Source of the DNA: Macrostomum lignano
Lineage: Eukaryota
Reading direction: 5' to 3'
Assembly (NCBI GenBank): GCA_002269645.1
Contig: NIVC01001427.1
Location: 124,001 to 188,000 of the forward strand
DNA length: 64,000 nucleotides
Made by a program: the position numbers and the translations under genes. Below the pieces are notes generated by a model. That model was not told the DNA's origin. It was given only the letters and a program-made list of their open reading frames with translations, and ran no database searches. Each line of letters opens with the position of its first letter. Position 1 is the first letter of the stretch. Positions 1 through 12,146 of this stretch are shown here, one piece after another.

Positions 1-84
1 ATCGTCACCACCGAGGCCGCCTACGTTAAGGACCTGGCCGTGCTGGTTGATGTGAGTGGTGGCCGCTGATCGGGGCAGACACTA

Positions 85-117
<33 letters not shown>

Positions 118-239
118 CAGACAGACAGACAGACAGACAGACACAGACAGACAGACAGACACAGACAGACAGACACAGACAGACAGACAGACAGACAGAC
201 CAGACAGACAGACACAGACAGACAGGCAGGCAGGCAGAC

Positions 240-286
<47 letters not shown>

Positions 287-309
287 GGCAGGCAGGCAGG
301 CAGACAGAC

Positions 310-343
<34 letters not shown>

Positions 344-466
344 CAGACAGACAGACACAGACAGACAGCAGACAGAACAGACAGACAGACACAGACAGAC
401 AGCAGACAGAACAGACAGACAGACAGACAGACACAGACAGACAGGCAGACAGACAGACAGGCAGGC

Positions 467-523
<57 letters not shown>

Positions 524-3500
524 GGCAGGCAGACCCAGACAGACAGACAGACACAGACAGACAGACAGACAGACAGACAGTCGGACTCACTGACACCCGT
601 CCCCATCCGCATCCCAGGGCTACATATCGCCCATGAAGCAGGAGCGGCAGCTGTTCTCAGAGGACACGGTGAACACGGTGTTCAGCAATCTCGAGAGCCT
701 GTGCGAATTTCATCGCGGGCTCCTGCGCCGCCTTGAGCGGCACCAGCGCAGCCTGCGCGACTTTTCCCAGGTGTTCGTGGACAGCCTGGCCGGCTTCCAG
801 CAGTACGGCGTCTACTGCATAAACTTCCCCAGGTGAGGCTCGGAGAGGAAGCAGAGAGGAAGGAGAAGAGAGGGGGTAGAAGAGGAATGGAGGGAGTGAG
901 AGGAAGGGGATGAGAAAGGGAGAGGATGAGGGAGAAGAGGGAGAGGGAGGGGATGAGAGAGGAGAGAGGGGAAGAGGGATGAGAGGGAGGGGATGAGGGA
1001 GAGGAGGGAGGGGATGAGGGAGAGGAGGGAGGGGATGAGGGAGAGGAGGGAGGGGATGAGGGAGAGGAGGAAGGGGATGAGGGAGAGGAGGAAGGGGATG
1101 AGGGAGAGGAGGGAGGGGATGAGGAAGAGGAGGGAGGGGATGAGGGAGAGGAGGGAGGGGATGAGGGAGAGGAGGGAGGGGATGAGGGAGAGGAGGGAGG
1201 GGATGAGGGAGAGGAGGGAGGGGATGAGGGAGAGGAGGGAGGGGATGAGGGAGAGGAGGGAGGGGATGAGGGAGAGGAGGGAGGGGATGAGGGAGAGGAG
1301 GGAGGGGATGAGGGAGAGGAGGGAGGGGATGAGGGAGAGGAGGGAGGGGATGAGGGAGAGGAGGGAGGGGATGAGGGAGAGGAGGGAGGAGATGAGGGAG
1401 AGAAGGCAGAATGAAGAATGTGAAGCGGGAAACTGCAGTCCATGCGGACTCATTGACGATACCGCATCACTAAGTCTATCGCATCCCCCCTGCAGCTCCC
1501 TGGCCCACCTAGAGGAGGTTCAATCTCAGTCCGAGGCCAGGGCCTACCTGTCTGCCCGCCAGCAAGCCCTGGAGCTGTGCCTGCCTCTGCAGACCTACCT
1601 GCTGAAGCCAGTGCAGCGGATACTCAAATACCACCTGCTGCTCATGGTGAGTCCTTGGATGCTTGCTTGCCGCTGCGCCAGTTCTCTTTGCTGTTTGCCA
1701 GCCCCTGGTAAACACGGGGCCGCGTGCCACTGGTTAAACTTTCCTTCGATGAACAACTGGCGATGTTTTCTAAACCAATTTGCCTTCAAATCTGCCCGCT
1801 CCGCCCCTTGTGGAAATCCGCCGCACTGAATAGAATCCGCCCCTGTTCCGCCCCCTAACGGCTTGTATAAATCCGCCCCTGTTCTGCCCCTAACGGCCTG
1901 TATAAATCCGCCCCTGTTCTGCCCCTAAACGGCTTGTATAAATCCGCCCCTGTTCTGCCCCTAACGGCCTGTATAAATCCGCCCCTGTTCTGCCCCTAAC
2001 AGCCTGTATAAATCCGCCCCTGTTCTGCCCCTAAACGGCTTGTATAAATCCGCCCCTGTTCTGCCCCTAACGGCCTGTATAAATCCGCCCCTGTTCTGCC
2101 CCTAAACGGCCTGTATAAATCCGCCCCTGTTCTGCCCCTAAACGGCTTGTATAAATCCGCCCCTGTTCTGCCCCTAAACGGCTTGTATAAATCCGCCCCT
2201 TTTCTACCCCTAACGGCCTGTATAAATCCGCCCCTGTTCTGCCCCTAACGGCCTGTATAAATCCGCCCCTGTTCCGCCCCTAACGGCTTGTATGAATCCG
2301 CCCCTGTTCCGCCCCTACCGGCTTGTATAAATCCGCCCCTGTTCCACCCCTAACGGCTTGTATGAATCCGCCCCTGTTCCGCCCCTACCGGCTTGTATAA
2401 ATTCGCCCCTGATCCGCCCCCTAACGGCTTGTATAAATCCGCCCCTGTTCCGCCCCCTAACGGCTTGTATAAATCCGCTCCTATTTCGGTCTTAGAAAGT
2501 TCTTAGAAATCCGCTACAATCCGCCCCTAAAGCTATCCATAAATCCGCTCCTGTTCCGCCCCTGCTTCTTCTAGGTTTGCTAAATCCACCCTGAATCTCA
2601 CCTTAGTAATATATGGATTTGCCTTCATAGCAATTCTATATTTTCAGCTATCCGCCCCTCCTCCGCCCCAGAGCCTGCAGAAATCCGCCCCCAGCGGCGA
2701 CGCCGATCGGCACATCAAGGCCGCCCTGGACGGCATGACCGGCATCGCCTCGGACATCAACGAGGTGCAGCGCCGGCACGAGCACGCGCTCCGGGTGGAG
2801 GAGCTCAAGTCGCTGCTGAAGTCCGCCCACCTGGACATCGGCAGCCTGGGTGAGCTGGTGCGCGAGGACAGCTTTCGCATCCACGGGCACAAGGGCGCCC
2901 GCCAGGTGTTCCTCTTCCACAAGGCCATCCTGCTCACCAAGCGGCTGCAGAACGGCTGCCTGGCCATCAAGGAGATCATCCGCTGCGCCAACCTCATGCT
3001 TATCGAGTCCATTCCCAAGGAGCAGCTCAGCTTCCACATTCTGCCATTCGACAATCCCAAATGCCAGCTCACCCTGCAGGCCCGCCGCATCGACCAGAAG
3101 GCGCAGTGGTGCCGCGACATCAAGCGGCTCATTATTGAGAACTACGAGGCCACAATACCGGAGAAGGCCAAGCACATTGTGCTCAACATGAGCGAGCTGT
3201 TGAACCAGAACTGCAACGGAGCCGCCGCCGCAGCCGCGCCTGCCACGGTCGCCGAGTCGCAGTCGCCTCCGCCATCTGGCCGGCGCCGCAATCATTCGTC
3301 CGGCAGGCGGGAGCTGCACATCTCCTCGCCTGAGCGGCCCGCTGCCGGACTGCGCCGGAACAACTCGGACGAGCAGCTGGAGGTGGCCGGCCCCTTGCAG
3401 CGGTCGCGCCCCGTCTCCCGCTGCTACTCCAGCACTGAGGACCTCGGCGACCTGCTCCGCTATCATGAGGAGGCGCTCAAGGAGATCTTCACCAGGACTA

Positions 3501-6096
3501 CCAGGTTTGCTATTCGAATGAATTTCGAGTTCGGGAGTTGTCCTTATATACACTGAGAATCGCCCCGAAGTCACACTGAGAACCGCCCCGAAGTCACACT
3601 GAGAATCGCCCCGAAGTCACACTGAGAACCGCCCCGAAGTCACACTGAGAATCGCCCCGAAGTCACACTGAGAATCGCCCCGAAGTCACACTGAGAACTG
3701 CCCCGAAGTCACACTGAGAATCGCCCCGAAGTCACACTGAGAACCGCCCCGAAGTCACACTGAGAATCGCCCCGAAGTCACACTGAGAATCGCCCCGAAG
3801 TCACACTGAGAACCGCCCCCAAATCACCCTGAGAATCGCCCCGAAGTCACCCTGAGAATCGCCCCGAAGTCACACTGAGAATCGCCCCGAAGTCACACTG
3901 AGAATCGCCCCGAAGTCATACTGAGAATCGCCCCCAAATCACCCTGAGAATCGCCCCGAAGTCATACTGTGAATCGCCACCCAAATCACCATGAGAATCA
4001 CCCGAAGTCACACTGAGAATCGCCCCCAAATTACCCTGAGAATCGCCCCGAAGTCAACACTGAGAATCGCCCCCAAATCACCCTAAGAATCGCCCCCAAA
4101 TCACCCTGAGAATCGCCCCGAAGTCACACTGAGAATCGCCACCCAAATCACCCTGAGAATCGCCCCAAAATCACCCTGTGGATGTCACCAAAATAATTGA
4201 CTGCGGTCCACAAACCTGTGCTCCCGCAGGTGCGGCTCCTCGTCGGACAGCTCCGCCGAGATGGACGGTGAAGCCGCCGCCGCCGCTGCCCCCGCCGGCT
4301 CGCCTGGCGGTTTCCTGTCCGGTCCAGACGCCGACTTCACCTCCATCGCCATCGAGATCAACGAAGAGGTTCTTGGCGCTTCCGGCACCTCAGCTGCCGT
4401 TGTCTACGGCACCTCGCCGCGGACTGCAGGCAGCGGCGGCGGTGGCGGTGGAGGCCACCGCAGGCAGCCGAGCGCCGGCCGCGGCAGCGACATCCTGCGC
4501 GCCGCCATCGACAAGTCGGCCGCTGTGTCGGCGGCTGCAGTGGCGGCAGCGGCGGCGGCATCGGCGGGCCCCTCTAGCGGAAACGGCAGCGGCAACGGCT
4601 GTTCAAAGGGCTCAGAGTCCTCGCCGCTGTACATTCACTGCCCCAAGGGCAACTACGACAACGTCGTGTTCGGCCGAGCCTACGATAAGTACATCGAGAA
4701 GACTAAAAAGAAAATTGCCCTAACTGAAACCGACATCGACGAGATTCTGCGGCCTCTGAGGCAGCTGCGCGTCGACACTGTGTCGGGCAACGGCGACCAG
4801 GCCGCTGGCGGCGGCGGCGGCGGCTCCCCGGGCAACACGCCGCCATCCTCCGCCGACTCCTCGCCGAGGCGCATCGTCAGCCGCATCGCCACCTCGTTTG
4901 GAGTCGGACCGGCAGCGGCCACGCCGACTCGAATCATCCAGGTGTCGGAGCAGCAGCAACAGCAGCAGCAACAGCAGCCCTCCAAGCAGCAGCGCAGCCA
5001 GTCGGTTGTCAGCGCCGTCCTCGGCGAGATCAAATCCGCCTGGCGCAAAAACTCTTCGGCCAGTTCGAGCAGCGCTGCTCCGGCAGCCGCCGCCGTTGCC
5101 GCGGTCCCGGCGGCGTCGCATTTGCACCTGAAGCGGAACGACTCGGCCTCATCAGATAGTGGCGTGTTCCTTCCGGCCCAGAAGCAGCAACAGCAGCGGC
5201 AGCAGCAACAGCAGCGGCAGCAGCAACAGCAGCGGCAGCAGCAACAGCAGCAGCAGCAGCAGCGGCGGCAACAGCAGCAGCCGACTCGGCGGGCCCGCGC
5301 ACCCGCACCCCCGGCTCCGAAAAGCAGCAACGGCAACGGAGGGGGCGGCGGCGAAGGCGGAGGCGACGGCAGCAGCGTGCAGAAGTTCATCCGCTCATTC
5401 GCCAACAAGGACGCCAGGGCCAGGCAGGAGAGCGACATCCTGAATGGCGCCATCGCGCCCAGCCGCCGTCTGCCGTCCGGCACTCGGCCGCCAGCCGCTG
5501 AGCCGCCGCCGCCGCCGCCGCAGTCGACATCGTCGAAATCCGCAGCCCGACAGCCGCACAGAAACGGCGAACAGCGGGGGTCGCAGCCGCAGGCGGCCGC
5601 CCCCACCAGCGCCCCGGTGTCCAGGCGCAGCGCCACGAAGTCCCGCAAGGCTCCGTCGCCGCCACCGCCGCAGCAGCAGCCGCAGTCCCCGTTGACCGCC
5701 GCTCACGTTCTGGACTCGCTGCCGTACGCGGATGATGAGGACTCCAACAAGTCCCAACATCATCAGCATCATCATCAGCAGCAGCAGCAGCAGTGGCGCC
5801 GCACCCAGGACTGGTCGCAGGAGAACCTCTACTGGAAGCAGGCCCTGCTTGACCCGCCGGCGAAGCCTCCCCGGCCCCCGGCCAGCGGCAGCAGCGGGCG
5901 GCCGCCTCCGCCTCCGCCACCATCGCAGCCGCCGTCGGCGCCGCTCGCCGTCAGCGAAGCCTCCGGGACGTCCTGTGCCGCCGCCGCGGCCGCCGCTGCT
6001 GCCGGCTCGTCAGAAGGCGGCGGGGATGTCGACGAGGAGGACCGGCCGCGCAGGGGCACCGTGGCCAACCTGGTGAACCGCTTCCAGCACAACTGA
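1..6096 (+). CDS. DH-PH Rho guanine nucleotide exchange factor, PLEKHG1/2/3-like (5'-partial)
   Basis: Exons <1-51, 618-832, 1496-1646, 2672-3504 (in-frame alternative acceptors start the exon at 2648 or 2681) and 4230-6096; all GT-AG and phase compatible. DH motifs [12 protein letters not shown] and [19 protein letters not shown]; PH region [10 protein letters not shown]...[12 protein letters not shown]...[15 protein letters not shown]...[13 protein letters not shown] matches my recollection of PLEKHG1-3. Long Q/A/G/P-rich tail. Confidence 0.9.
85..580 (+). repeat. (GACA)n microsatellite in RhoGEF intron
   Basis: Direct reading; occasional GGCA and CACA variants. Confidence 0.97.
845..1410 (+). 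repeat. Purine-only 21-bp minisatellite (GGGAGAGGAGGGAGGGGATGA) in RhoGEF intron
   Basis: Tandem units, most regular at about 986-1395. Confidence 0.95.
1832..2480 (+). repeat. 35-36-bp minisatellite (AATCCGCCCCTGTTCTGCCCCTAACGGCCTGTATA) in RhoGEF intron
   Basis: AATCCG recurs at 1870 and 1905 and onward. Confidence 0.95.
3551..4178 (+). repeat. 23-bp minisatellite (ACTGAGAATCGCCCCGAAGTCAC) in RhoGEF intron
   Basis: CTGAG recurs at 3553 and 3576 and onward; the array degenerates toward its 3' end. Confidence 0.95.
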
Positions 6097-6198
6097 GTGC
6101 GCCCTGCGACCGCGCCTTTACCACCGGCTTTCCTGCGTAATCCGTTATTCAGTTGCAGCCCTGACTGAAGCTAAATGAAAAATATCAACTGACCAGAC

Positions 6199-7540
6199 CC
6201 TCAGAATCGCCCTTAATCCCCACCCTCAGAATCGCCCTTAATCCCCACCCTCAGAATCGCCCCCTTTAATCCCCAACCAGAGAATCGCCCCCTTAATCCC
6301 CAACCAGAGAATCGCCCCTTAATCCCCAACCAGAGAATCGCCCCCTTAATCCCCCCACCCAGAGAATCGCCCCCTTAATCCCCACCCAGAGAATCGGCCC
6401 CCTTAATCCCCACCCAGAGAATCGCCCCCTTAATCTCCACCCAGAGAATCGGCACCCTTAATCCCCACCAGCGAGAATCGACCCCCTTAATCCCCACCCA
6501 AAAAATCGCCCTCCTTAATCCCCAACCAGAGAATCGCCCCATTAATCCCCCCACCCAGAGAATCGGCCCCCTTAATCCCCACCCAAAGAATCGCCCCCTT
6601 AATCCCCACCCAAAGAATCGCCCCCTTAATCCCCACCCAAAGAATCGGCCCCCTTAATCCCCAACCAGAGAATCGCCCCCCCTTAATCTCCTCCCAGAGA
6701 ATCGCCCCCTTAATCCCCAACCAGAGAATCGCCCCTTAATCCCCAACCAGAGAATCGCCCCCTTAATCCCCCCACCCAGAGAATCGCCCCCTTAATCCCC
6801 ACCCAGAGAATCGGCCCCTTAATCCCCACCCAGAGAATCGCCCCCTTAATCCCCACCCAGAGAATCGGCACCCTTAATCCCCACCGAGAGAATCGACCCC
6901 CTTAATCCCCACCCAAAAAAATCGCCCTCCTTAATCCCCAACCAGAGAATCGCCCCATTAATCCCCCCACCCAGAGAATCGGCCCCCTTAATCCCCAACC
7001 AGAGAATCGCCCCCCCTTAATCTCCTCCCAGAGAATCGCCCCATTAATCCCCCCACCCAGAGAATCGCCCCCCTTGATCCCCACCCAGAGAATCGCCCCC
7101 TTGATCCCCACCCAGATTATCGCCCCCCTTAATCCCCACCCAGAGAATCGGCACCCTTAATCCCCACCGAGAGAATCGACCCCCTTAATCCCCACCCAAA
7201 AAATCGCCCTCCTTAATCCCCAACCAGAGAATCGCCCCATTAATCCCCCACCCAGAGAATCGGCCCCCTTAATCCCCACCCAAAGAATCGCCCCCTTAAT
7301 CCCCACCCAAAGAATCGCCCCCTTAATCCCCACCCAAAGAATCGGCCCCCTTAATCCCCAACCAGAGAATCGCCCCCCCTTAATCTCCTCCCAGAGAATC
7401 GCCCCATTAATCCCCCCACCCAGAGAATCGCCCCCCTTGATCCCCACCCAGAGAATCGCCCCCTTGATCCCCACCCAGATTATCGCCCCCCTTAATCCCC
7501 AACCCGAGAATCGCCCCCCCCTTAATCCCCACCCCAAAAA
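6199..7540 (+). repeat. About 27-bp C-rich minisatellite (CAGAGAATCGCCCCCTTAATCCCCACC) downstream of RhoGEF stop
   Basis: Variable-length tandem units; blocks of variant units recur as higher-order repeats. Confidence 0.95.
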
Positions 7541-7707
7541 CCCCTTCAGTTTTAGTGAAGTCGCATGTATCGCACAGCACAAGTGAATGCATTAAGCGTC
7601 TGCTCTGCTTATTTCGCAATAACTCTCAGATATTTTTATTCCCAAATTTTGAGTTTTTTCCTCATTCAACCCTGCTTTCCCTCCGATCTCTTATCAGAAA
7701 GTAATTT

Positions 7708-7720
7708 AATAAATAAATAA
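7708..7720 (+). terminator. Candidate RhoGEF polyadenylation signal (AATAAATAAATAAA)
   Basis: First AATAAA cluster downstream of the stop on the + strand. Confidence 0.45.
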
Positions 7721-8577
7721 AACAGCTTGCATTGCTACTCGCCCTGTTGCTACTACTAGTCAGTAGTCTGCTGGGGTGGCCTTGTTTTACTCTGGCGCAA
7801 TGTCATGCCGAGCTCTCATCTTGTCTTTTTTTTCACACCGAAACTGCACGTTTATCTCTTTTTTATTTTTTAAAGTCTGCTTTTCCTGCTTTTGCTAAGT
7901 TTTGTTAATATCAGCTGATCCAAGTCAGTTTTTTTCTATAATTCAAACTGTTCTTTTGTCACCCTGATGCAATGCTGATGCATTTAACTTGTGCACTGGT
8001 TTGTGTTGATTGCCTCACTGATTCGCAATCGGCATCCCCGCAGTTCCCCTTTTGCTGTTGTCCCCGAGTTTTGCTTCCAGACCCAGCTTGCTTCATCTTA
8101 ATCTGTTGTTGTCTGACGTTTCCTGGAACTGAAATAGGCTAACTTTTTCTATGAAACAGTGTAAATTTGTTATAACTATGCTTATGAATTCTTATTAGGA
8201 ATTTATTGCTACATGCTCACCGGGCTGACAGGTGAAAAAAGATATTTTTAGCTCCCAGTTGCTGCCCCGTTGCCCCCCAGCTCTGAGTTGCTAGTAGTTC
8301 AATATTCTATAATTACTGATATGATTGCCTGCACTGTGCATGAGTTGTGTAACTAATGCCATTAGACTGGGGACCTGTGCGGCATCATCTACTATTCTAG
8401 TCTGTGGCTTATTCTTATTATAATTATATATTATTAACGTTATATTAATTCTCCCGCTCCGCATTCGTTAAATGTTTTGCTGTCTTCTCGCCTCTGTTGC
8501 TGTCAGTCAGGAATCTGACTGGTCTGAGCTTGCCCGCTTACTAGGGGGGGGGGGATAGTAGGGTGAGTAGGGTAATT

Positions 8578-8978
8578 AAGGGTGAGACATTGGATAGGGG
8601 AGACAGGGAGGGTGAGACATCGGATAGGGGAGACAGGGAGGGTGAGACATTGGATAGGGGAGACAGGGAGGGTGAGACATCGGATAGGGGAGAGAAGGAG
8701 GGTGAGACATTGGATAGGGGAGACAGGGAGGGTGAGACATTGGATAGGGGAGACAGGGAGGGTGAGACATTGGATAGGGGAGAGAAGGAGGGTGAGACAT
8801 TGGATAGGGGAGACAGGGAGGGTGAGACATTGGATAGGGGAGACAGGGAGGGTGAGACATTGGATAGGGGAGACAGGGAGGGTGAGACATTGGATAGGGG
8901 AGACAGGGAGGGTGAGACATTGGATAGGGGAGACAGGGAGGGTGAGACATTGGATAGGGGAGACAGGGAGGGTGAGAT
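8578..8978 (+). repeat. 30-bp minisatellite (GGTGAGACATTGGATAGGGGAGACAGGGAG)
   Basis: About 13 near-perfect tandem units. Confidence 0.95.
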
Positions 8979-9342
8979 AAACAGTCAAGCAGACTAAGAG
9001 AGATTCGCTAAAATTCATGCAAACGCGTTGCGGTGGTGTGGGTGCAGCCTTCTAGTTTTCTGCAGCCCAGCTCAATCCGCCTGTTTAGGCTCTGGGGCGG
9101 GCATTCGAACTTGGCAGGGGCTAATTGGGTCCGCTGATTGCTCTTTGCCGTATCTTTCTGCGTCCATTAAAGCTGAAGACTAGTTTTGCTACATCTGAAA
9201 CTGCGCTGGTGTTTACTGTATTGCAGGACTGGGGGCTCTGGTGGGCACAACTCTACACTTATTCTGTAGCAATTAGTTAACTGATCCGCTACTGATATCT
9301 CTTCCGATCGTCTGTTTACTAAAATTGCACTTGATCCAAGCC

Positions 9343-9846
9343 TGAGAATCGCCCTTGACCCTCTGCAACCCTGAGAATCGCCTTCGATCCGCCCCCACCC
9401 CTTTAGAATCGCCTTCAATCCGCCCCAGCCCCTTAGAATCGTCTTCAATCCGCCCCAGCCCCTTAGAATCGCCCACAATCCGCCCACCCCCTTTAGAATC
9501 GCCTTCAATCCGCCCCAGCCCCTTAGAATCGTCTTCAATCCGCCCCAGCCCCTTAGAATCGTCTTCAATCCGCCCCAGCCCCTTAGAATCGTCTTCAATC
9601 CGCCCCAGCCCCTTAGAATCGTCTTCAATCCGCCCCAGCCCCTTAGAATCGCCTTCAATCCGCCCCAGCCCCTTAGAATCGTCTTCAATCCGCCCCAGCC
9701 CCTTAGAATCGCCCACAATCCGCCCACCCCCTTTAGAATCGCCTTCAATCCGCCCCAGCCCCTTAGAATCGCCTTCAATCCGCCCCAGCCCCTTAGAATC
9801 GCCCACGATCCGCCCACCCCCCTTAGAATCGCTCTGAGAATCGCCC
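9343..9846 (+). repeat. 30-bp minisatellite (TAGAATCGTCTTCAATCCGCCCCAGCCCCT)
   Basis: Tandem units seen directly. Confidence 0.95.
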
Positions 9847-10489
9847 TCGATCCGTCTCAGAGAACCAGTTTTGGGATATCAGAGACTTCAAGAGACCGGG
9901 GCACATATCCATATATTTCAATATCCAGAAAATTCAGAACCGGCCTCGCCACAAATGCAAAAAGAACGAAAGCAAATTTTTAATTGAGCCATTGGCAAAC
10001 TCACTCGTTAACTAACTTTGTTTATTCATATCGCACGCATACCTGAAGGGGGTGGACTGAGCATTAGGATTTTGACACCTCGTGCATACAAAAAATAGAC
10101 TAATTTGGTGAGCTTGTTGGAAAGTTGTTTGACTCTGTTGAGTCTAAATCCACAACTCTTACGTGCTGCTTCTTGTGATTTGGTTAAAAGTTGTTTAATA
10201 AACCAGAAGTGAAAACGCACATTTTTTGATTAAATATTTCGCCAAAAATATCGATATTGAAGCCTATGGGCTGCACGATTTATGAGTTGGAAAGCGTTTG
10301 AAAAAATATAGTCAAATTTATTATTATGAAATAGCATATAAACGATACACTGATTTGGCTAAGCATAAAGTCTGAGAAGTTTTCTGCGACTGCGATCATT
10401 TAGGTCCTAAGGCTGCTGTGACATGTCCATGCCTGACCCAATCTGACCCTAAAACTTAAAAGCGAAATCGACCTTGACCCAAATGTGAA

Positions 10490-11075
10490 TCATGCTTGAC
10501 CCAACTGTGAATCACACTTGACCCAAATCTAGTCTAGGCTTGACCCAAATGTGAACCATGCTTGACCCAAATCCAGTCTAGGCTTGACCCAATGTGAATC
10601 ATGCTTGACCCAAATCTAAGCCATGCCTGACCCAAATCTGCATGAATCTAGTCCAGGCTTGACCCAAATCTGAATCATGCTTGACCCAAATCAAGTCTAA
10701 GCTTGACCCAAATCTAGTCCAGGCTTGACCCAAATCTGAATCATGCTTGACCCAAATAAATCTAAGCTTGACCCAAATCTAGTCTAGGCTTGACCCAAAT
10801 CTAGTCTAGGCTTGACCCAAATCTAGTCTAGGCTTGACCCAAATCTAGTCTAGGCTTGACCCAAATCTAGTCTAGGCTTGACCCAAATCTAGTCTAGGCT
10901 TGACCCAAATCTAGTCTAGGCTTGACCCAAATCTAGTCTAGGCTTGACCCAAATCTAGTCTAGGCTTGACCCAAATCTAGTCTAGGCTTGACCCAAATCT
11001 AGTCCAGGCTTGACCCAAATCTGAATCATGCTTGACCCAAATAAATCTAAGCTTGACCCAAATCTAGTCTAGGCT
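10490..11075 (+). repeat. 22-bp minisatellite (GCTTGACCCAAATCTAGTCTAG) downstream of TAL-like stop
   Basis: Tandem units, most homogeneous at about 10780-11010. Confidence 0.93.
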
Positions 11076-11114
11076 TGGCATTCGCAGTTGGTTGCTCAGG
11101 AAGCCAGGCCCAGC

Positions 11115-12146
11115 TCAGTAGTCCGGGGTTCGCCACACCAGAATGGCGAACCGGTTCACGAAGAAGTGGAACATGCAGCCGATCTCGTGCGTGCAGTAGG
11201 AGCCGTACTGGAATCGGCCGACGATGACGTGCCAGGCCCGCTGGTCGAGGCTGTCCAGCTCCGACTTGATGTACTTGGCAATGTCCTTCTCCACGGAGAA
11301 CTCGTCCTGGGCCTTCCTGGCCAGCCGGACGATCAGCCGCTGCAGGTCCTCGGGCATCTCCTTGTCCAGCGCGATGATCCGCACACCGTCCATGTCGTCC
11401 CGGTCGTCGTCAGCGCCAGCCGCGCCCGCTTGGACTCGCTGCTCCGTGACTTTTTCGCTGCAAGTTGGGTGGCATTGTACTCGTGTTGAATTCGACTTTA
11501 AGCATTTTCAGCCTACCAGAAAGGCCAACATGGTTAAAAGTACTGATAGCTCTGTTGCTCACATGTAATCTTCGTTGGGCTTCAGGCCGAGCACCTCGCA
11601 GTATTCCTCGATAGAAATGGTGCCTGAGTTGTCAATGTCGAACAGGTTCAGCCATTTCTGCGGACGGGTTGGCGGCTTTGTGTACTAAACTGGGGATCAC
11701 GTGACAGCTAGGTCAGAAACAGGAGATCCGAATAGCATGGATTCGAGGAAGCTGCAAAGGGTTGCTTAAATTGCTTGCTTCTCTAATCAGTGGATCCCCA
11801 GATAGCCAATGGATTGCTAATCTAGCTAGTGGATTGCTAATCTAGCTAGGGGATTGCTAATCTAGCCAGTGGATTTCTAATCTATCCAATGGATTACTAA
11901 TCTATCCAATCTATTGCTAATCTAGCTAGTGGATTGCTAATCTAGCCAATGGATTGCCGAATCAGAGGCCAAAATTGCGACGTTGCTAAGGCACACTCGG
12001 CTCTTAGCAACGGGCCACTCCGGCGTCACCTGCACGAAGTTCATGTCCAGCCCATTCTCCCGGCAGTAGTCCAGCAGCTCGTCCTTCGTGATGGCACCGC
12101 TGTGGTCCGTGTCGATGCACTCGAAGGCGCTGAGTAGGTCGCACAT
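11115..12146 (-). CDS. TAL-like protein; isoform using alternative first exon 1b
   Basis: Exon 12030-12146 (MCDLLSAFECIDTDHSGAITKDELLDYCRENGLDMNFVQ): 117 nt, phase-0 GT donor, joins the same downstream exons. Confidence 0.82.

Noticed and set aside
21-1453. Long ORFs such as (SVCL)n, (SSPPSSP)n, (MRERREG)n
   Set aside because: Translations of intronic micro- and minisatellites.
2644-6092. Many antisense and alternative-frame ORFs over GC-rich exons (also over PAK, the lectin and the LINE)
   Set aside because: Expected shadow ORFs of high-GC coding DNA; the sense frame carries the recognisable domains.
8578-8978. GGTGAG donor-like motif in every unit of the 30-mer array
   Set aside because: The array lies beyond the likely RhoGEF poly(A) signal; no transcript context.
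6487-9837. Repetitive ORFs (GAILWVGIK, ETLDRGDREG, LESSSIRPSP)
   Set aside because: Products of stop-free tandem repeat units; no unique coding context or splice support.
11560-11565. TAL exon 2 donor overlaps ATG-TGA, so intron retention would give a 71-aa EF-hand-only protein
   Set aside because: GTGA donors often create in-frame stops by chance; no independent support.
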